64,000 nucleotides of DNA from an uncultured Acidobacteriota bacterium (GTDB lineage Bacteria > Acidobacteriota > Thermoanaerobaculia > UBA5066), in NCBI GenBank assembly GCA_963779415.1, contig CAVZYA010000002.1:1440001-1504000 (forward strand), written 5' to 3'. Within the stretch, counting starts at the first letter, position 1. Every line of letters starts with the position of its first letter. Shown one piece after another: positions 43,347 through 52,744 of this stretch. The notes beneath the pieces are model-generated. The model was not told the DNA's origin, searched no databases, and saw only the letters and a list, made by a program, of their open reading frames with translations. A program made the translations under genes and the position numbers.

Positions 43347-44296
43347 GGGGCGGCCCCCGACAGGCTTTCCGCCCGCTGACGGGCCAGCGAGACGAAGACG
43401 TCCTCCAGCGACGGCTCCGCGGGGGCGGGCGTCCCCGTCCGCGAGAGGAGGTGCATCGTGGCCTCGCCGGCGCCCCGGCGCGAGACGGCGCGAAGGCGCG
43501 TGCCGAAGAGGTAGGCATCCTCCAGCGCGGCGTCGCCGCGGACGGCGGCGAGAGCGGCGAACGGCTCGGCCCCGGCCGCCACCTCGAAAAGGCGCCCGGC
43601 CAGCGCCTCCTTGAGGGAGGTGGGCGTCCCCTCGGCGATCAGCTCGCCGTCGAGGATGAAGGCGAGGCGGTCGCACTGCTCCGCCTCGTCCATGTAGTGC
43701 GTCGTGACGAGGACCGTCATGCCGCGTCCGGCGGCCAGCTCGTAGATCAGGCCCCAGAAGACGCGCCGCCCCTTCGGGTCGACGCCTCCGGTCGGCTCGT
43801 CGAGGAAGAGAAGCTCGGGCTCGTGAAGAAGCGACGCCGCGAGGGCCACGCGCTGGCGCCAGCCGGTCGAGAGCGTCTCGGTCAATTCCGGGAGGAGCTT
43901 CTCGAAGCCGAGCCGCGCCGCAAGCTCGCCGATCCGCCCGGAGAGCTTCTCATTCGAGAGGCCGTAGGCCGCACCGAAGAACCGGAGGTTCTCCTCGACG
44001 GTCAGGTCGAGATAGAGGGAGAACTTCTGGCTCATGTAGCCGAGGCGCGCCTTCCAGCGGTCGGTGTCGCGGACGACGTCGAGACCGCCGAGACCCGTCA
44101 CCGTGCCGGCCGAGGGCGCGAGAAGCCCGGTCAGCATCCGGATCGTCGTCGACTTCCCCGAGCCGTTCGGGCCGAGGAAGCCGAAGACCTTCCCGCGCGG
44201 AATGTCGAAGCTGACGTTCTTCACGGCGACGAAGTCGCCGAATCGGCGCGTCAGGCCCCGGACGGTGACGGCGGCCGCAGCCCCGGCGCCGTTCAC
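43343..44296 (-). CDS. ABC transporter ATP-binding protein
   Basis: GPNGSGKS, LSTGWRQR, FLDEPTGGVD, TTHYMDEAE. Confidence 0.93.
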   Translation of the reverse strand: MNGAGAAAAVTVRGLTRRFGDFVAVKNVSFDIPRGKVFGFLGPNGSGKSTTIRMLTGLLAPSAGTVTGLGGLDVVRDTDRWKARLGYMSQKFSLYLDLTVEENLRFFGAAYGLSNEKLSGRIGELAARLGFEKLLPELTETLSTGWRQRVALAASLLHEPELLFLDEPTGGVDPKGRRVFWGLIYELAAGRGMTVLVTTHYMDEAEQCDRLAFILDGELIAEGTPTSLKEALAGRLFEVAAGAEPFAALAAVRGDAALEDAYLFGTRLRAVSRRGAGEATMHLLSRTGTPAPAEPSLEDVFVSLARQRAESLSGAAP

Positions 44297-45180
44297 GCGG
44301 GCTCCTCTCCGGCGAGGACGAAGACATCCTCGAGCGAGGGCGCGATCCGGCGAATGTCGTCGGCGGAGGCGAGCCCTTCGAGCGCCTTCCGGATTTCCCT
44401 TTCGAAGAAATCTCCGGTGGTCTCTCTCCCCCTCGCATGCAACCTCGTCCCGAACAGCGACACGTCGTCGACCGACGGGACGTTGGCGAGCCGCGCCCGG
44501 ACGGCGAGGCGGTCGTCCGTCCGGATCTCGACGAGGGGACGCGGGTACGAGGCGAGGATCTCGTCTCGCGTCCCGACGGCGGCGAGGCGCCCGCGGTCGA
44601 GGAAGCCGATCCGCGTCGCGTATTCGGCCTCGTCCATGTAAGGGGTCGAGACGAGGATCGTCAGCCCTTCGGCGTGGAGCTGGTTCAGGAGCAGCCAGAA
44701 CTCGCGCCGCGAGACGGGGTCGACGCCGGTCGTCGGCTCGTCGAGGAGGAGGAGGTCGGGCCGCGTCAGGAGGGCGGCGATGAGAGAGAGCTTCTGTTTC
44801 ATTCCGCCGGAGAGCGCGCCCGCGAGCCGGTCGCCGATGCCCGACAGCCCGACGCGCGAAAGGAGAGAGGCCGCGCGCCGCTTCGCCTCGGCGTCAGGGA
44901 TCGCGTACATCCGGGCCCGGAGGAGGAGGTTCTCGTCTACGGTGAGGTCTTCGTAGAGCGAGAAGCGCTGCGGCACCATGCCGAGGGTGCCCCCCTTCTC
45001 GACGCGGACGGAACCGCTCGTCGGGGCGAGGAGCCCCGCGACAATCCGGAAGAAGGTCGTCTTTCCCGCACCGTCGGGGCCGATCAGGGCGAAGAGTTCG
45101 CCCCGCTCGACGACGAGATCGATGCCATCGAGCGCCGCCACGGCGCCGAAGCGCCGCGTGAGCCCCCTCGCGACAATCAT
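44293..45180 (-). CDS. ABC transporter ATP-binding protein
   Basis: GPDGAGKT, LSGGMKQK, LLDEPTTGVD, STPYMDEAE. Confidence 0.93.
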   Translation of the reverse strand: MIVARGLTRRFGAVAALDGIDLVVERGELFALIGPDGAGKTTFFRIVAGLLAPTSGSVRVEKGGTLGMVPQRFSLYEDLTVDENLLLRARMYAIPDAEAKRRAASLLSRVGLSGIGDRLAGALSGGMKQKLSLIAALLTRPDLLLLDEPTTGVDPVSRREFWLLLNQLHAEGLTILVSTPYMDEAEYATRIGFLDRGRLAAVGTRDEILASYPRPLVEIRTDDRLAVRARLANVPSVDDVSLFGTRLHARGRETTGDFFEREIRKALEGLASADDIRRIAPSLEDVFVLAGEEPA

Positions 45181-46181
45181 TTCGCCGGTGTCGCTGTCGT
45201 CGCGGCCTGGACGGCGACTTCCGCCGGCTGCCCCGGCACGAGCGGGTCGCTCCAGCCGCCGTCCAGGTCCACCTTCGCCGCGTAGACGAGGTTCACTCGT
45301 TCGCGGCGCGTCTCCACCGGCTTCGGCGTGAACTCGGCGTCGGGGGAGATCTCGGTGACGCGGGCCGGGAAGCGCTTTCCGGGGAAGGCGTCCACGGTCA
45401 CCTCGGCGGTCTGTCCCTGTTTCACGCGCCCCATCTGCGTCTCGGGAATGAAGCTGCGGACGTAGAGCCGGTTCGCGAAGCCGAGCGTCAGAGCGGGTTG
45501 TCCCGGGCCGAGGAGAAGGCCCGGCTCGGCCATTCGGTGGAGGATCACGCCGTCGGCCGGGGCGCGAATCTCGCTCTCTTTCGCGACCGTCTCCGACTGT
45601 TTCAGGACGCTCTTCGCCCGGTCCACGTCGAACCCGGCCTGTTCGGTCTGGTATTTCCGGAATCCCTCGCGCAAGAGTTGCAGGCGATCTCGCGCCATCT
45701 TCTCGCTCGCCGCCGCCCGTTCCCATGTCGTGCGGGCGGTGTCCGCGTCATGCTCCGTTCCCACTTTCTTTGAAAGCAGGAAATTCTGGCGCTCCAACTC
45801 TTTTCTTGCGAGCTCCACGGCGGCCTTTTTGTCGACGACGTCCGCCTCCGCCTGTGCGATTTCGGCCTCGCGGCTCCCGGACTGAAGGTCCTGGTACCGG
45901 GCCTGGCTCGATTCGAGGCCGCGCCGGTCGCGCTCGACGGCAAGGGCGGTCTCGCCGAGGTCGAGCGTGACGAGGAGGTCACCCGCCTTCACACGGTCCC
46001 CCTCGCGTACCTTCACCTCGAGGACGCGCCCGGCCACCTTGGGCGCGAGATCGACGGTGGGCGCCTCGAGGCGCCCGTTCAGCCGGATCGTGCCCGCTTC
46101 GTCCTTCCTTGCGCAGCCTCCGGCAGCCGCTGCGAGCAGGGCGGCGAGGATCAATGTCGGGACGGCGCGCTGCGGTTTCAA
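45177..46181 (-). CDS. HlyD family secretion / membrane fusion protein
   Basis: AAGGC lipobox, VAGRVLEVKVREGDRV, IRAPADG, AEFTPK. Confidence 0.9.
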   Translation of the reverse strand: MKPQRAVPTLILAALLAAAAGGCARKDEAGTIRLNGRLEAPTVDLAPKVAGRVLEVKVREGDRVKAGDLLVTLDLGETALAVERDRRGLESSQARYQDLQSGSREAEIAQAEADVVDKKAAVELARKELERQNFLLSKKVGTEHDADTARTTWERAAASEKMARDRLQLLREGFRKYQTEQAGFDVDRAKSVLKQSETVAKESEIRAPADGVILHRMAEPGLLLGPGQPALTLGFANRLYVRSFIPETQMGRVKQGQTAEVTVDAFPGKRFPARVTEISPDAEFTPKPVETRRERVNLVYAAKVDLDGGWSDPLVPGQPAEVAVQAATTATPAK

Positions 46182-47806
46182 TGGCCACCTCCCTCGGCGG
46201 CGAACGCCGCGGCGTCGCCGGTGATTCGGATCCCCCGCTCCTCGAGGAGCGTGCCGGTCGAGCGGGCGAGCGCGGTCAGCGCGATCCGGTAGTCGGTGAG
46301 GGCGGAGGTCTCGGTGACCTCGGCCCTCGCGAGGTCGTTCTGCCTCGTCAGGACGAAGAAGTTCGTCGAGAGGCCGGCGGCGAAGCGGTCGGTCTCGGCC
46401 TCGAGCTGCGTCCGTGCCGCCGCGAGGCCGGCTCGCGCGGCCTCGATCCGCTGCGTCGCGGTGTCGAGCCCCAGGATGGCGTTCCGGACCTCCACGGCCA
46501 CGCGCTGCCGTGTCTGGTCGTAGCTCGTCGCGAGCTGGCGCTTCCGGGCCTCCGCGATCACGGCGTCGGCTCTCGCCGACCGGTTTCCGATCGGCAGGGC
46601 GAGGGCGAGGCCGACGAAGGCGTCGGGGAACTCGTTGCTCCCGATCGTCCCGAAGGACGTTCCGAGGTTGCCGGTGAGCCCCGCGGGGATGGTGATGGGG
46701 AGGCCGCCGATCGCGATGATGTCGGGATTCGGGGTGCCGGCGAGGCCACGTCGGCCGTAGGAGGCGACGAGGTCGAGCTGGGGCTTGACCCTCTCCTTCG
46801 CCGCCTCGATCTCGACGTCCTGCCGCGCCACGAGGAGCGAAACGTCCTTCAGCTCCGGGCGCCTCTGCTCGGCCTCGGCGAGAGCGGTGTCGAGGTCGAC
46901 GCTCCTCCGTTCGGCGTCGGGAGAGTCCGTCGGCTCGACGGTCCCGCTCCAGAGCGGATCGCGGGCGTCGCCGAGGACGAGGAGCTTCAGGACGAGCTCG
47001 GACTGCTCCGCCTGCTCCTCGGCCGAGAAGAGCTCCCCCTTCCTCCGTTCCACCTCGGCGATCGGCTCGGCGAGGTCCGACTCCGGCCGGACACCCGCGT
47101 CGATCCGCACCTTCGTGTCGGCCCTCTGCTGTTCGGCGAGCGCAACGCTCCTCAGCGCCACGTCCACCGTTCGGCGCGCCGCCACGAGCCTCCAGTAGGC
47201 GCGTTCCACGTCGGCGACGGTGTCCGAGACCGTCCGTCTGAGCGACGCCTCGGAGCGGTCCTTGTCCAGCTTGGCGATCCGGATCGCCCGGCGGGCCGGG
47301 TCGATTCTGAGCCCCTGGAGGAGCGGCTGTCTCAGCTCGATCGAAAAGCCGGTGTTGTACGCGGGCGTCAGGAGGGCGAAGAAGCTCTGGGCCGTGTCCT
47401 TCCCGAGGATCCCCGTGACGGCCACCGTGCCGCCGGTCGGAAGGAGCTGCGAGAGCGAGACCGACGACGCGAGGTTCGTGTAGCTCGGGCCGAGGTCGGG
47501 CGCGATCGCCCCCGAGAGCGCCGTGTTCATGGCGTCGGTGTGGTCCCGGTAGCTCGCGCTCAGCCTGAAGCCCGGATCGTACGAGCCGTCGGCCCGGTCG
47601 AGCGTGGCGCCGGCGATCCGGAACGAGTCCCGTTCGATGGCGATGTCGTGGTTCTTCGCCAGGGCCATCCTCGTCGCATCGTAGAGCGAGAGCGGAACTC
47701 TCGCCTGCGGCTCCTCGGCCGCGACGGGGAGCGCCGCGAGGAGGGCGAGGAGCGCGGCCGCCGGGGCGAGCGGCGCAGGGAGACGAGGCGACGCGATCAT
47801 GCTCAT
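46178..47806 (-). CDS. TolC family outer membrane protein
   Basis: Signal peptide, QLLPTGG, QPLLQG, RFAAGLSTNFFVL. Confidence 0.88.
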   Translation of the reverse strand: MSMIASPRLPAPLAPAAALLALLAALPVAAEEPQARVPLSLYDATRMALAKNHDIAIERDSFRIAGATLDRADGSYDPGFRLSASYRDHTDAMNTALSGAIAPDLGPSYTNLASSVSLSQLLPTGGTVAVTGILGKDTAQSFFALLTPAYNTGFSIELRQPLLQGLRIDPARRAIRIAKLDKDRSEASLRRTVSDTVADVERAYWRLVAARRTVDVALRSVALAEQQRADTKVRIDAGVRPESDLAEPIAEVERRKGELFSAEEQAEQSELVLKLLVLGDARDPLWSGTVEPTDSPDAERRSVDLDTALAEAEQRRPELKDVSLLVARQDVEIEAAKERVKPQLDLVASYGRRGLAGTPNPDIIAIGGLPITIPAGLTGNLGTSFGTIGSNEFPDAFVGLALALPIGNRSARADAVIAEARKRQLATSYDQTRQRVAVEVRNAILGLDTATQRIEAARAGLAAARTQLEAETDRFAAGLSTNFFVLTRQNDLARAEVTETSALTDYRIALTALARSTGTLLEERGIRITGDAAAFAAEGGGH

Positions 47807-48510
47807 GTGTGTTCTCCGGATCGAAGCCGTCCGTGCCTGCGCCCACGCCGGCCGCCGGCGCGGCGCGAGGGCGCCGCATCCGGCGCGAAGGCGTTCAGAA
47901 GGTTCTTCGTGAGATCCGCGAGGAAGCGGTCGTTGTCGAGCGCCTCCAGGCCCTCCACGACGTTGTGGCGGCCCATCGCGGCCCGAACGGGACGTGACGC
48001 GCGGAAGAAGATGATCGGGCTGATCACCGAGAGGTACGCGAAGAACGGGTGGACCCGGCGGAAGACGCCCTCCCGCGCGCCCTGCTCGAGGATCCGGCGC
48101 AGATTGAAGAAGACGCGGGCCATCAGGCGGAGGGTGTCCCGGCCGAGGTGGTGGGCGCCCTCGGCCATCTCGCGCATCATGATCGGCGGCAGGTAAGGCC
48201 GGGCGTCGGCCTCCGCGCTGATGGCTGCGACGAACGCGGCGATCTTCCCTTCGGCGCCGGCGGAAGAGCTCGCGATCGTCGCGGTGCGCTCGCCGATCGA
48301 GGCGAAGACGGCGCGGAGGATCTCGACGTAGAGACCCTGCTTGCTGCCGAAGTGGTAGTAGATCATCGCCTTGTTGATGCCGGCGCGTCCGGCGATGGCG
48401 TCGACCGAGGCGCCCGCGAAGCCGTGGAGCGCGAATTCGTCGCTCGCGGCGGAAAGCAGCGCGTCCTTCGATCCGAGGCCCCGGGGTTTCGTCCGTGTCG
48501 TGCGTTTCAT
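47803..48510 (-). CDS. TetR family transcriptional regulator
   Basis: FALHGFAGASVDAIAGRAGINKAMIYYHFGSKQGLY HTH. Confidence 0.93.
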   Translation of the reverse strand: MKRTTRTKPRGLGSKDALLSAASDEFALHGFAGASVDAIAGRAGINKAMIYYHFGSKQGLYVEILRAVFASIGERTATIASSSAGAEGKIAAFVAAISAEADARPYLPPIMMREMAEGAHHLGRDTLRLMARVFFNLRRILEQGAREGVFRRVHPFFAYLSVISPIIFFRASRPVRAAMGRHNVVEGLEALDNDRFLADLTKNLLNAFAPDAAPSRRAGGRRGRRHGRLRSGEHT

Positions 48511-48519
48511 GGTGCCGCC

Positions 48520-48573
48520 GGTCCGACCGGTCAAACTAACTATTTATTTAACGCCGCGGCCGCCGCCTGTCAA
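48520..48573 (-). promoter_or_regulatory. Promoter/operator of the TetR efflux operon
   Basis: TTGACA (48568-48573, minus) followed by AT-rich TTAAATAAATAGTTAGTT (imperfect inverted repeat) and a GACCGGTC palindrome. Confidence 0.55.
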
Positions 48574-48639
48574 GCGATGCGGAGAGATCAGGAGCCCCGT
48601 GAGACGGAAGGGCTTCATCGAGCCCCCTTCGGCATCGGT

Positions 48640-48933
48640 CTATGGGGCCGAGATCCGGTTCATCGCCCCGGCCAGCTCGAAATCGAGCGCGGTGATCCCT
48701 CCCGCGTCGTGCGTCGAGAGCTCCACCGTCACCCGGTTCCAGGCGTTCGACCAGTCAGGGTGGTGGTCGAGCTTCTCGGCGACGAGGGCGGCGCGCGCCA
48801 TGAAGCCGAACGCCTCGGAGAAGTCGCGGAAGACGAACTCGCGGCGGAGCTTCCCGCCCGCGAGGGACCAGCCGGGGAGGGCGGCGAGGCGCGTCGAGAT
48901 CTCGGCATCGGAAAGGCGTGCGGGGCGCGACAT
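48640..48933 (-). CDS. phhB: Pterin-4-alpha-carbinolamine dehydratase
   Basis: FRDFSEAFGFM, AEKLDHHPDW, STHDAGGIT. Confidence 0.92.
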   Translation of the reverse strand: MSRPARLSDAEISTRLAALPGWSLAGGKLRREFVFRDFSEAFGFMARAALVAEKLDHHPDWSNAWNRVTVELSTHDAGGITALDFELAGAMNRISAP

Positions 48934-48971
48934 GAGAACGATTCTCGCACCGGGAGCCTAGAATGGGCTCG

Positions 48972-50090
48972 ATGCGGATCGCGGTGGCGATGTCCGGAGG
49001 GGTCGACTCGTCCGTGGCGGCCCTGCTCCTTGCACGGCAGGGGGCGGAGGTCGTCGGGCTCTCGATGCACCTCTGGGATCACGACCGCGACGGGACCGGG
49101 GCGGCGGAAGGGCGCTGCTGCACGCTCGACGACCTTTCGACCGCGCGGCGAGCCGCGGAGGCGATCGGCATCCCTCATTTCGTCCTCGACCTGACCGAGC
49201 GGTTCACCGAGGCGGTCGTCAAGCCGTTCGTGACGGGATACCTCGAGGGGCGGACGCCGATTCCCTGCACGGCGTGCAACACGGACGTGAAGTTCACGTC
49301 GCTCCTCGCCCGAGCGGAGGCCCTGGGCTGCGAGGCCGTCGCGACCGGCCATTACGCCCGGATCGAGAAGGACGCGGGAACCGGGGAGGTCCGTCTCCTC
49401 CGGGCGCTCGATCTTTCGAAGGACCAGTCGTACTTCCTCTACGGACTGACCCCCTCGCAGCTTTCGCGGGCGCTTTTCCCGCTCGGCGAGCTTCGGAAGA
49501 GCCGGGTCCGCGAGATCGCGCGCGAGGCGGGGCTGCCGAACTGGAACAAGCCGGACTCGCAGGAGCTCTGCTTCGTCGCGGGAGGGGACGGTCCCGGAGA
49601 GTTCATCCGGAAGGAGGCCGAGGCGCTCGGCATCCCGCTCCCGACCTTCACGGCGGCGCATTCCGGGCCGATCACCGACTCGGAGGGGAACCTTCTCGGG
49701 CGGCATGAAGGGGCATTCGCCTTTACGGTGGGGCAGAGGCGAGGGCTCGGAATCTCGGCGCCCCGTCCGCTCTATGTTCTCGAAGTCCGCCCCGAAGAGT
49801 CGCATCTGCTCGTCGGCCCCGAAGAGGAGCTCTTCTCGCGGACGGTGCCCCTTTCGGACGTCAATCTCCTCGTCTCTCTGCCGCCCGGCGACGCGATTCC
49901 CGTTCTCGCGCGGATCCGATCCCGTCACCCGGAACAGCCGGCGTCGCTCTTTCGCGGACCGGAAGGGGACCGCCTCGTCTTCGAGAAGCCGGTCCGCGCC
50001 GCCGCCCCGGGGCAGTCGGCCGTCTTCTTCGATCCGGAGCGTCCCGAACGAGTGCTCGGCGGCGGGATCATCTCCGGTCGCGGTTTCTGA
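48972..50090 (+). CDS. mnmA: tRNA 2-thiouridine(34) synthase
   Basis: SGGVDS PP-loop, PCTACN, ATGHYAR, KDQSYFL, DSQELCF, TVGQRRG, PGQSAVF. Confidence 0.95.
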   Translation: MRIAVAMSGGVDSSVAALLLARQGAEVVGLSMHLWDHDRDGTGAAEGRCCTLDDLSTARRAAEAIGIPHFVLDLTERFTEAVVKPFVTGYLEGRTPIPCTACNTDVKFTSLLARAEALGCEAVATGHYARIEKDAGTGEVRLLRALDLSKDQSYFLYGLTPSQLSRALFPLGELRKSRVREIAREAGLPNWNKPDSQELCFVAGGDGPGEFIRKEAEALGIPLPTFTAAHSGPITDSEGNLLGRHEGAFAFTVGQRRGLGISAPRPLYVLEVRPEESHLLVGPEEELFSRTVPLSDVNLLVSLPPGDAIPVLARIRSRHPEQPASLFRGPEGDRLVFEKPVRAAAPGQSAVFFDPERPERVLGGGIISGRGF

Positions 50091-50132
50091 TCGGCTTTCC
50101 TCTTTTTCATCCGGTCTTCGTCCCTGCGGCTC

Positions 50133-50161
50133 TTGACTTTTCGAATACTTGCGTCTAACTT
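50133..50161 (+). promoter_or_regulatory. Sigma70-type promoter for the short radical SAM gene
   Basis: TTGACT-17 nt-TAACTT. Confidence 0.5.
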
Positions 50162-50182
50162 ACGTCTTGTCGGGGGTAGCCC

Positions 50183-50836
50183 ATGAGTTCTCGAATCGAC
50201 CAGTCGCCGAACCCTCTTCGACTCGCCAGGGAGTTCATCTCACCGGGGGCGGGGGGACGGCGTGTCTTTACCCTTCTCGTTCCCGGGAGCTGTCGGTACG
50301 GATGCGACTTCTGTCCGATGAGCGCGTCGCGCCAGCTTCCCGACGTATTTCGGACGAGCCAAGGGCTCGCGCGGCTCTTCCTCGCGGCGTTTCGCCGCGG
50401 TCTGTGCGACGGACTCTTCTTGTCGGCAGGCATTCCCCGCCAACCCGCGCGCTCCATGGGGAAGATCCTCGAGATCGTCGAGCTTCTTCGCGTCCAATAC
50501 GGATTCCGTGGATATATCCACGTCAAGACGGTGCCGGGGGCCCAGCCGGGGCAAGTGCAGAAGCTCGTCCACCTCGCCGATCGGGTCTCGTCGCATCTCG
50601 AGCCGGCGTGCCGGAATGCGCTTCTCTCGAACCCGGCCGGGGCGCTGCCAAAAGGGCTCGAGCTTTTTGCGACGCCGGAGGCCGCCTCGCGCGAGCTGCG
50701 CGAGGCCCTTGCCGCTTCGGCCCGCAGGGCTCCCGGGCCTCTTCCACCGGCAGGGCTGACCGGGCAAAGGCTGGGGCAACTCCCTCTGTTTGGAGCTCGA
50801 AGGCCTTCTCCTGCAGAGGATTACGCATCGAGGTGA
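50183..50836 (+). CDS. Short homologue of the putative DNA modification/repair radical SAM family (TIGR03916-like N-terminal half)
   Basis: CRYGCDFC, GLFLSAG, FRGYIHVKTVPGA, ADRVS.HLE; only 217 aa; QLPLF near the C-terminus. Confidence 0.75.
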   Translation: MSSRIDQSPNPLRLAREFISPGAGGRRVFTLLVPGSCRYGCDFCPMSASRQLPDVFRTSQGLARLFLAAFRRGLCDGLFLSAGIPRQPARSMGKILEIVELLRVQYGFRGYIHVKTVPGAQPGQVQKLVHLADRVSSHLEPACRNALLSNPAGALPKGLELFATPEAASRELREALAASARRAPGPLPPAGLTGQRLGQLPLFGARRPSPAEDYASR

Positions 50837-50957
50837 GGGGAACGTGCCGGGAGGTTTTTGTCACGCCGATCGAAGGGGCACCAGGTATCTCCTGAAACCG
50901 AGTCGCTTTCCGGACCGAAAGCCCGCGTCGACAAAGTGATAAAATCCAAGTTTGCTT

Positions 50958-51740
50958 ATGGCGAAGACCAATCCCTCCGCCGTGTCGTCGCTTCTCAGAG
51001 AAATCCGGTCGGCGCTCGAAGCAAAGGCCGATGAGAAGTTTCGTCTGGCCGAATCCGCCCGGCGCAAGAGCCCGCTGAAGTCGCTCGGGGTCCGGACGTC
51101 GGCCGTTCGCGGCGTCGCCCGCGAGATCGGGTTGAAGGGGCGCGGCGAGCTGAACTACGACGCCGCGGTGGCCCTCCTCGATGCCGCCGTCTCGCGGAAG
51201 ACGCGCGAGGAGATCCTCGTCGCGATCGACCTTCTCGAGCGGTTCCGGCGCGAATTCGACGGATCCATCTTCCCGCATCTCGAGAAGTGGAGCATCGCCG
51301 CCGACGACATCGAAGTGGCCGAGGCTCTGGGGATACAGGTGGCCGCTCCGGCCCTGGCACGCGAGCCCTCCCGGATGACACTCGTGAAGAAGTGGGCGCG
51401 CCTCAAAAGCCTCGGCAGGAGGCGGCTCGCCATCCTCGCGGCGTCCGGCCTCGTCACGGACGGCCGGCGCGAGGCCGGGCTCGTTCTCGAAATGTGCGAG
51501 CACCTTCTCGGGGAGGAGAATCCTCTTCTCGTCTCGGCGGTGGCGGGTCTTCTCCGCGACACGACGAAGGTCGATGCGAAGGCGGTGCAGGACTTCCTCT
51601 TCCGCCGCTCGATCGACGGGAACCCGGAGATCCTGAGGGCAGGTTCGGAGAACCTCGACGCGGCGCGGCGTGCCGCGCTGATCGCGAAGCTCGAGGCGCA
51701 GGCGGGCGTCTCGACGCAGCTCGCGGGCGCCGAGCGCTGA
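50958..51740 (+). CDS. DNA alkylation repair protein (AlkD-like HEAT repeat)
   Basis: SLGVRTSAVRGVAR, KKWAR...RRLA, AVAGLLRD pattern; canonical catalytic W/D residues are not obvious. Alternative start TTG 50952. Confidence 0.65.
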   Translation: MAKTNPSAVSSLLREIRSALEAKADEKFRLAESARRKSPLKSLGVRTSAVRGVAREIGLKGRGELNYDAAVALLDAAVSRKTREEILVAIDLLERFRREFDGSIFPHLEKWSIAADDIEVAEALGIQVAAPALAREPSRMTLVKKWARLKSLGRRRLAILAASGLVTDGRREAGLVLEMCEHLLGEENPLLVSAVAGLLRDTTKVDAKAVQDFLFRRSIDGNPEILRAGSENLDAARRAALIAKLEAQAGVSTQLAGAER

Positions 51741-51771
51741 GGCGCCCCGGGGAGCCGTTCCCCTTCGGGGA

Positions 51772-52311
51772 TCAGTCGGGCTTGGTCCGCTCGAACCGGT
51801 CGATCAGCCAGAGCTGGACCGCTTCCTTCCCTTTCTTCGCGACGGCGTCCATCTCCCCTTTCTTCAGCGTCTCCGTGACGTTTCCCTTCGGGTCGAAGAT
51901 CACGACGCCGGGGAAAGGTGCCTTCGGATCGATGCCATAGCGCGCCGGGATCTCGGCGTTCGCGGAGCCGGGCTCGACGTCGATGAAGACGGGAACGAGC
52001 TGCTTGAGGAGCTCGATGTAGAAGCGCCGCTCGAAGATGGCGCTCGCCACCGTTCGGCAGGAGTCGCAGCCGTTGTTTCCGAAGAAGACGATACAGCGGC
52101 GGTTCGACCGCTGGCAGACGTCTCCGTAGTGCTGAAGCGTCAGCTCGCCGTCGGCTTCCACGTCGAAGATCGGGGGAAGCTCCGCCCTGGGAGTCGACGC
52201 GGGAGCGGCCGCGCTCTTCTGGTCCGGCCTTTCGGGCGTCGGGGAAGGGGGCACCGCCGCAGCGGACGCAGCGACCAGAAGGACGAGCGCTGAGGAGGAG
52301 AGTCGGATCAT
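51772..52311 (-). CDS. Exported thioredoxin-fold protein
   Basis: Signal peptide; FGNNGCDSC (CxxC); FPGVVIFDPKG cis-Pro strand. Confidence 0.75.
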   Translation of the reverse strand: MIRLSSSALVLLVAASAAAVPPSPTPERPDQKSAAAPASTPRAELPPIFDVEADGELTLQHYGDVCQRSNRRCIVFFGNNGCDSCRTVASAIFERRFYIELLKQLVPVFIDVEPGSANAEIPARYGIDPKAPFPGVVIFDPKGNVTETLKKGEMDAVAKKGKEAVQLWLIDRFERTKPD

Positions 52312-52355
52312 CTTGAAACCTCGAAAGTGGACGCGTGGCCGGAATCTCCGGGGGC

Positions 52356-52682
52356 TCAGTTGGGCGGGATCCCCTCGCCGCGATCGTCGCGGGGCTGGTC
52401 GAACTCGGTCCGGATCAACCCGAAGTTCTTTTCGTAGAGGGCGACGTTCTGCGCGAGGGCCGAGAGGAGCTGCTTGGCGTGGACGGGGGTGAGGAGGACC
52501 CGGGAATGGACCCGGACGTCGCTCTTTCCGGGGACGACGCGTCCGAAGTCGATGATGAACTCGGCGGGATTGTGGATGATGTTCGCGAAATTCACGTAGA
52601 CGCCGTTCGCGACGGCGTCGTCGATGGAGAACTGCAGCGTTTGAGGAGCGGGAGCGTCGGTCTTGGGGGGATGATCGGACAC
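52356..52682 (-). CDS. DUF3467 family protein
   Basis: ANGVYVNFANIIHNPAEFIIDF...SRVLLTPVHAK...YEKNFG. Confidence 0.88.
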   Translation of the reverse strand: MSDHPPKTDAPAPQTLQFSIDDAVANGVYVNFANIIHNPAEFIIDFGRVVPGKSDVRVHSRVLLTPVHAKQLLSALAQNVALYEKNFGLIRTEFDQPRDDRGEGIPPN

Positions 52683-52744
52683 GAAAACACCTCTTCGCCG
52701 CCTGGAACGGCGTCGCACGAAAGCGGCGCCAGTATAGTAGAGGG

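Noticed and set aside
50100-50957. Horizontally acquired island or LexA box in the lower-GC stretch
   Set aside because: No integrase, flanking repeats or recognisable SOS box; the composition shift is mild and short.
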